Shown: positions 57,981-64,000 of the stretch, one piece after another
Position numbering within the stretch: the stretch's first letter is position 1
How the letters are laid out: each line of letters starts with the position of its first letter
Source: an uncultured delta proteobacterium
GTDB lineage: Bacteria > Desulfobacterota > Binatia > UBA9968
Direction of reading: 5' to 3'
NCBI GenBank assembly: GCA_963847445.1
Contig: CAWJZV010000025.1
Coordinates: 64,001-128,000 of the forward strand
Length of the DNA: 64,000 nucleotides
Notes under the pieces: generated by a model
Database searches by the model: none
Told to the model about the DNA's origin: nothing
What the model saw: the letters and a program-made list of their open reading frames with translations, nothing else
Program-made: the position numbers and the translations under genes

Positions 57981-60900
57981 TCACAGCGGCATCGCAGCTT
58001 GGAGCGCGACTGAGGCACTCTCTGAGCCAAGAACAACCCGTACCAGATGGGTTGCGCCGTCGTCGGCGAGCTGGATGTGCATGCTGCCGCCTGCGAGCGA
58101 TGCGCCATCGAGATCGATGGATAACACCCCGCGCGCAACGCCTTGTGGGTTCTCGACGGCAATTATGTAGCGCGCCGAGTGATAGCAGAATGCGATGTCA
58201 AAGCGCTTCCATGCACGCGGAATACAAGGGTCGAGATAAAGCCTCGTGCCGCGCACCCGAAAGCCGAGGATCCACTCGATGCCGGCCCGATACATCCAAC
58301 CCGCTGATCCGGTGTACCAGGTCCAGCCGCCGCGACCGACATGTGGCGGTTCGGCATAAATATCAGCGGCGACGACATAGGGTTCGACCTTGTACCGGTA
58401 AACGCCAGTGCGGCTGCTGGCATGATTGATCGGGTTCAAGAGCGCGAAAAGCTCGCCGGCCTTATCGCCGTCGCCGAGCGCGGCGAAGGCGAGGACGGAC
58501 CAGATCGCCGCATGGGTATATTGGCCACCGTTTTCGCGCACGCCGGGCAGGTATCCTTTGATGTAACCCGGGTCCGGGCTTGCTTGGTCAAAGGGCGGGG
58601 TAAATAGCAGGACGAGGTCGTCGCCCCGGCGCACGAGGTACTTCTCAACCGCCGCCATGGCGCGCGCGCCGCGAGCCGGTTCAGCGGCGCCGGAGAGAAC
58701 TCCCCAGGATTGGGCGATCGAATCGATGCGGCATTCCGTGTTGGTGGCGGAGCCGAGCGGGCTGCCATCGTCAAAGTAGGCGCGCCGATACCACTCGCCA
58801 TCCCACGCCCTCGCGTTCGAGCGCTGCTTTCAGCGCGCTGACATGCAGCCGCCAGATTTCGGCGCGCCGATGCTCGCCGCGGGCGTCGGCCACCCGGGCA
58901 AATTCCCAGAGTATGGTGTGAAGAAACCAGCCGAGCCAGACGCTCTCGCCTTTGCCCGCAGATCCGACCCGGTTCATCCCGTCGTTCCAATCTCCCGTGC
59001 CGATCAGCGGCAGGCCATGGCTGCCAACCGCTAGACTACGGTCGAGCGCGCGCGCGCAATGCTCGAACAGGGTAGCGCTTTGCGCGGAGACACGCGGCGC
59101 GAAATATGACTCGTCTTGCCCAGCCTCGAGGGTCGGCCCATCAAGGAAGGGAACGACCTCATCGAGGACTGTGATGTCGCCGGTAACTTCAAGGTATTGG
59201 TTGACCGCGTACGGCAGCCATAGAAGATCGTCGGAAATGCGGGTCCGCACACCCCGGCCGGACGGCGGATGCCACCAGTGCTGGACATCACCCTCGACGA
59301 ACTGCCGTGCGGCGGCGCGCAATAACTGCGCCCGCGCGACGTCTCGATTCGCCACCATGAGCGCCATCACGTCTTGCAGCTGATCGCGAAAGCCATAGGC
59401 ACCGCCCGCCTGATAAAACGCCGCGCGCGCCCAGACGCGACAGGCCAGCGTCTGGTAAAGCAGCCAGCGATTGAGCATCAGGTTCATCGCCCGATCAGGG
59501 GTTGTCACCTGGACCGCGCCAAGCAGGTTGTTCCAGCGCTCCATGACCGCGCGCAGGATTCCATCAAGGTCAGCCCCGCGGTAGAGGGCGATCAGCACCC
59601 GCGCTTCTTCCGCGGTCACCGCCTCGCCGAGGAAAAAGTCGATCTCCGCACGGCCACCGGGACGCAACTCCACCGTCGTCTGCAGGGCAGCGCACGGATC
59701 GAGGCCGGCACCGACCTTGCCTGAGAGTCGGTTGCCTCGTTCGAGCGCGATGGGGTGATCGAGGCTGCCATTGCGACCGAGAAACTCCGTCCGATCACTC
59801 GTCCACTCGGTTTGGCGCCCGCTGAGATCGGCAAACGCGACGCGGCCAGCGAACTCGCTGTTCCAAGCGTTGCGCGCGAGCATGGCCCCTGTTTCCATGT
59901 CGATCTCGGTGACAATAAAAGGCGCGGAGGCGCTCCGCGAAACGCCAAGCACCCACTCGACATACGCGGTCACCGAGAGACGCCTGGATCGACCCGAGTG
60001 ATTCTCGATAGTGAGGCGGGAGATTTTGATTGGGTCCGCCAGCGGTACGAACTGCAAGAGGTCGAGCGAGACCCCATGTGACAGGTGCTCGAAGCGGCTG
60101 TAGCCCTGGCCGTGTCGGGCGGTGTAGGGCGAAGTCTCCTCGCGGATCGGCAGCACCGTCGGGCTCCACAACTCGCCAGTGTCTTCGTCCCGCACGTAGA
60201 TCGTCTCGCCTGGCGGGTCGCTGACCGGGTCATTGGACCACGGCGTGAGCTGGTTCTCACGGCTGTTTAGCGACCAGGTGTAACCCGAACCCGATTCAGA
60301 GACCTGAAAGCCAAAGGTAGGGTTCGCGATCACGTTAATCCAGGGCGCCGGCGTCCATTGCCCCGCGCCGAGAATCGTCACGTATTCACGGCCGTCGGCG
60401 CTGAAGCCGCCGAGGCCGTTGAAGAACTCCAGATCCGGCCGCGGCGGCAAGACTTCCAATGGCTTAGTCGCCGGCGGACGTCGTTGCAGCGCAAGCGCAG
60501 GGGCTTGGGATCGTTGCTGACGTTCTACCTGCTCGGCCAGGGTACCGCGGCGGCTCAAGAGCACAGCTCGCGCCGCGGTCTGGAGTAGCGTGCGATCCTC
60601 AGCCGAAATTAGATCTCCTCGAGAATAAAAACGCGGCCCGACGGTTCCGGCCCATCGTGCGGCAAACGTGACTGGCTAGCCCGGAGCTGGCTCTCCAACA
60701 GGCCCTGGAGATCTTGGGCGTAGGATGGGGCCTGTTCGTTCAGAATAACCAGATCGACCGCTAATTGCTTCATGCGCCAGTATTCGTGGGCGCGGAGCAG
60801 CTGACGTACGATACCCTGGTCCTCAGCCTCATCGATGCGCACGAGGACAATTGGCAGATCGCCGGAAATTCCGTGCCGCCATAGTGCCGCGGGGCCGCGA

Positions 60901-63900
60901 GTATTACCGCGTGAGCACCGCAGATGATCGGCCGCAGTGCAGGGTCGGAGTACAGGATACGGCTGGCGAGATCCTGGAAGAGATGGGCCTCATCGGCGTC
61001 GATGCCGAGATGGCGCAGCTGCACCTGGGCCTGCGTCCACGCCAGTGTGGCGGCGCGCTCAAATGTTGCTGGATTGTTGTACTCGTCGGCCAGGTCGAGC
61101 GCCTCGTCGCGCGATTGCGCGATCAGCGTCGAGAAGGTGACCCGCGCGGAGGCGCCCGGCGCGAGCCGTGACACAGCGCCGGAGACTGAAGATCGGGTCG
61201 AGCACCGCGCCGACCGTGTTGGAGAGCGGGTGGCCATCAATGACCGACATCGGCGTTCGGATGCCGCGCCCGCGACCGAGAAACCGGGCGCGGTCGGTCT
61301 CGTATTCCATGTCGCCGACGGTTTCCCCTTCGGCGACGATGACGTGCGCCGCCCATACTTGCGGCTCGCTCGGTGACCGTGGCCGGCGTGTCGCGAGCAG
61401 GGCGCCGAGTTCGGCAGCAAATTCCGTCTGCACGAACAGATTGGAAAACGCCGGGTGAGCGGCATCGGCTGCCGGCGTCGCCAGGACGATTTCGGCGTAC
61501 GATGTCAGCTCGATCTCTCGGCTTCGCGCTCCGAGATTGGTGATCGACACCCGGCGCACTTCCGCGTCGTGCTCCGGCGAGACGACGATTTCAAGGGTGG
61601 TCGCGATCGCGCCATCGCGCCGCCGGATCTCTACGCGATCTTCGGAAAAAGCCACTTCATAGGTGTCCGGTTCGACGCCGCTCGGTTGGTATGCAGCCGA
61701 CCAGACCTGGCCGCTGTGCCGGTCGCGAAGAAAAAAGTATGTCCCCCAGGCGTCACGCGTGCGGTCCTCGCGCCACCGTGTGACGGCAAGGTCGCGCCAC
61801 CGGCTGTATCCGGAGCCCGCCGTCGTCACCATCACCGCGTATCGCCCATTCGAGAGCAGGTGGGTGGCGGGAGTCAGGTCGTGTGGAGAAGTGAAGCGAC
61901 GCAGGAGCGGTGGCACGAGATCGCGGACGTTGGCGACCGCCCGCACCTCCTCGACTCTGGGCCGGGTGACCAAGACGTCCCGCGGCGTCCGTTCCTGCAA
62001 GCAGCAGCTCGGTGGCTTGCATGCGCGGCTCGGCGTGAAAGCGCGCGCGCATCACGCCATCATGGAGGACATTTGCGAGCGCCACGAGCGACATCCCCTG
62101 GTGATGCGCCATATAGGCGTGCACGACGGCCACGGCTTGGTTCTCGGGCAGGCGCGTGGCGGTGTAATCGAGCGCTTCGTAAAAGCCATAGCGGCCGCTC
62201 GCGCCGGCCTCGGCAAGACGCGCGAAATTCTCTGCCGCCGACTTCGGGTCAATCATCGCCGCCAGCGCCGTCGCGTAGGGCGCGATGACCACGTCTTCAC
62301 TCAGCCCGCGTTTGAGCCCCAGGCCCGGAACGCCAAAATTCGAGTACTGGTAGGTGAGCTCCAGATCGCGTGCGTTGTAGGCCGATTCTGATACTCCCCA
62401 CGGCACGCCACGCTCGTTGCCATAATTTCTCTGACGGCGGACGACGAGAGCGCAGGTCTGGCCTAACAGACTGCCCGACGGCGAATGCATGACGAGCATG
62501 GGCATGAGGTACTCGAACATCGAGCCGGACCAGGAGACCAGCGCAGATCCCCGATCCACGGGCGTCAAAGCGCGACCAAGGTGAAACCAATGGGTCGGCG
62601 GGACGTCACCCTTGGCAATGGCAATAAAGCTTGCGAGGCGCGCCTCAGACGCCAGCAGATCGTAACAACTCGGGTCGAGGCTGTTATCGGCAACGCGGTA
62701 GCCGATCGAGAAGAGCTTGCGGGTCGGGTCGAAGAGAAAGCCAAACTCCATCGCGTCGAACATCGTTTTCGTGTGCGTTACGAGCGTCCAAGGCGGCGGA
62801 GCAACGCTTCGGCTGCTGCGGTCGAGCGCTTGAGGCATCTCAATGACAGTATCGATTCGCGCAAGGGAGTCCCTCGCTGCGGCGCTATCGGACGCCAAGC
62901 GTTCGCGCGCAGCTTCGTCAGTTCGCCTATGACGGTCTCGCACCATTCCGGCGTGTCGGACAGGGTTGGAAACGATGGAAACAAGCGCGATCCCGTCGAA
63001 CCCAACTCTTGTTCGGGAATCGTCGGGCGATTGCTCGGAGTCATTGCCAAAGACCAGCCGCGCCCAGGGAATTGCCGCGTCGAGATCGCGCGCATGACTT
63101 TCGATGGCCACTCGCACAGCTTCCGCCCAGGCGACCAACTCCGCCTCGGCGCTGTCGCCTCGTTCCGCGGTCAGCGTGCGCGCAATGTCCGCCATCGTAT
63201 GAGCCCGGGCCTCGAGCTCAGTGAGGCATGTGACCCATTCGCCTGGAGTCATAGGGACCGGTTCTAGAGCGGCGGTCAGGGCATCGAGCGCCTCATCCAA
63301 GTGTTTGCGGGTGACCGTTTGGGTGCGCCGGTCGTCAACGACTGCGCGTGCCGATTGGCGCAGGAGTAAGATGGCATCGGCGATCCCCGAGAGCGCACGC
63401 GGGCCGAGCAGCGGGCGCTCGATGATCTCTTGGCACGCCTGTCCGAGCGCGATGAGGTGACCGGCGAGGTTGCCACTATCGACCGAGGATATGTATTTGG
63501 GTTCAAGCGGACGCAGGTCACGGGTATCATACCAGTTATAGAAGTGACCGCGAAAACGCTCGAGGTCGTTCATGGTGCCGAGGGTCGCTTCGAGCCGCTC
63601 GATGGCCGCCACCGTGCCGATCCAGCCGAAATCGTGCGCCGCGATGATCGAGAGCAGATACAGCCCGAGGTTGGTCGGCGAGGTGCGGTGGGCCACGACC
63701 GGCAGTCGGTTCTTCCTGAAAATTGTCGGGAGGAAGCGCGTGGTCTTGCGGGCTGACAAAGGTTTCGAAGAATCGCCAGGTCCGCCGCGCGGTCAAGCGC
63801 AGCGTACGGAGGTCATCCTGCCGAGAGCGGCTGAGCCGCAGCTGCGCGCGGTGGCAGGCTGATCCAATAAGCCACCATCGGGCGACAGCGCCCAGAGAAG

Positions 63901-64000
63901 AGCGAAGGGCGCCGCAATCGGCCAGACTTCCGGCGGTTGGAGGGCAACAAGGATGGCTACCAAAGCAGCGAGGGCTACGGTGCCGTTCATGCGGCGATAG
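57981..64000 (-). CDS. ndvB: Cyclic beta-1,2-glucan synthase (Cgs/NdvB/ChvB-like, GH94 C-terminal part), partial, many frameshifts
   Basis: LPPDNFQE, RTSPTNLGL, SWSGSMFEYLMP, MAHHQGMS, FFNGLGGF, GAYGFRDQLQD, GDWNDGMN, ENGGQYTH and WYTGSAGW. Confidence 0.88.

Overview
GC-rich (roughly 60% by eye) bacterial chromosomal segment. Gene content and intergenic repeats suggest a deltaproteobacteria-like lineage such as Candidatus Binatia, but that is an inference. More than 15 genes, including conserved housekeeping genes (mfd, pdxA, uvrA, sufB, nth, fumC), are split by 1-bp frameshifts. This most likely reflects long-read consensus errors, so split ORFs are reported as single genes. Main blocks in order: an amidohydrolase; a membrane-anchored TIR-Ig-Ig-TPR protein convergent with a TPR lipoprotein; MFS-DUF309-mfd-MFS-surA-pdxA-PMM/PGM-uvrA; a hybrid Fe-S operon (iscS, iscA-like, sufB, nifS-like, rrf2); an LpxL-like acyltransferase; comDE-like genes; a GcvH paralog lacking the lipoyl lysine; ftsB/eno/nth; an ~11-kb minus-strand chemosensory operon (RR-cheD-cheA-cheW-3 MCPs-cheR-cheB-RR-MshEN/CheX fusion) under a sigma54-type promoter, divergent from a coiled-coil + KaiC-like ATPase pair; two-component genes; MarR + ABC permease; fumC; and a stress block (nucleotidyltransferase, 2 USPs, RMD1-like protein, partial cyclic beta-1,2-glucan synthase). 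Several families of short palindromic or periodic intergenic repeats are present. No rRNA, tRNA, CRISPR array or transposase was recognised. The best candidates for undescribed biology are the TIR transmembrane receptor, the MshEN-CheX chemosensory system with its divergent coiled-coil/KaiC module, the lysine-less GcvH and the UvrA lacking the insertion domain.
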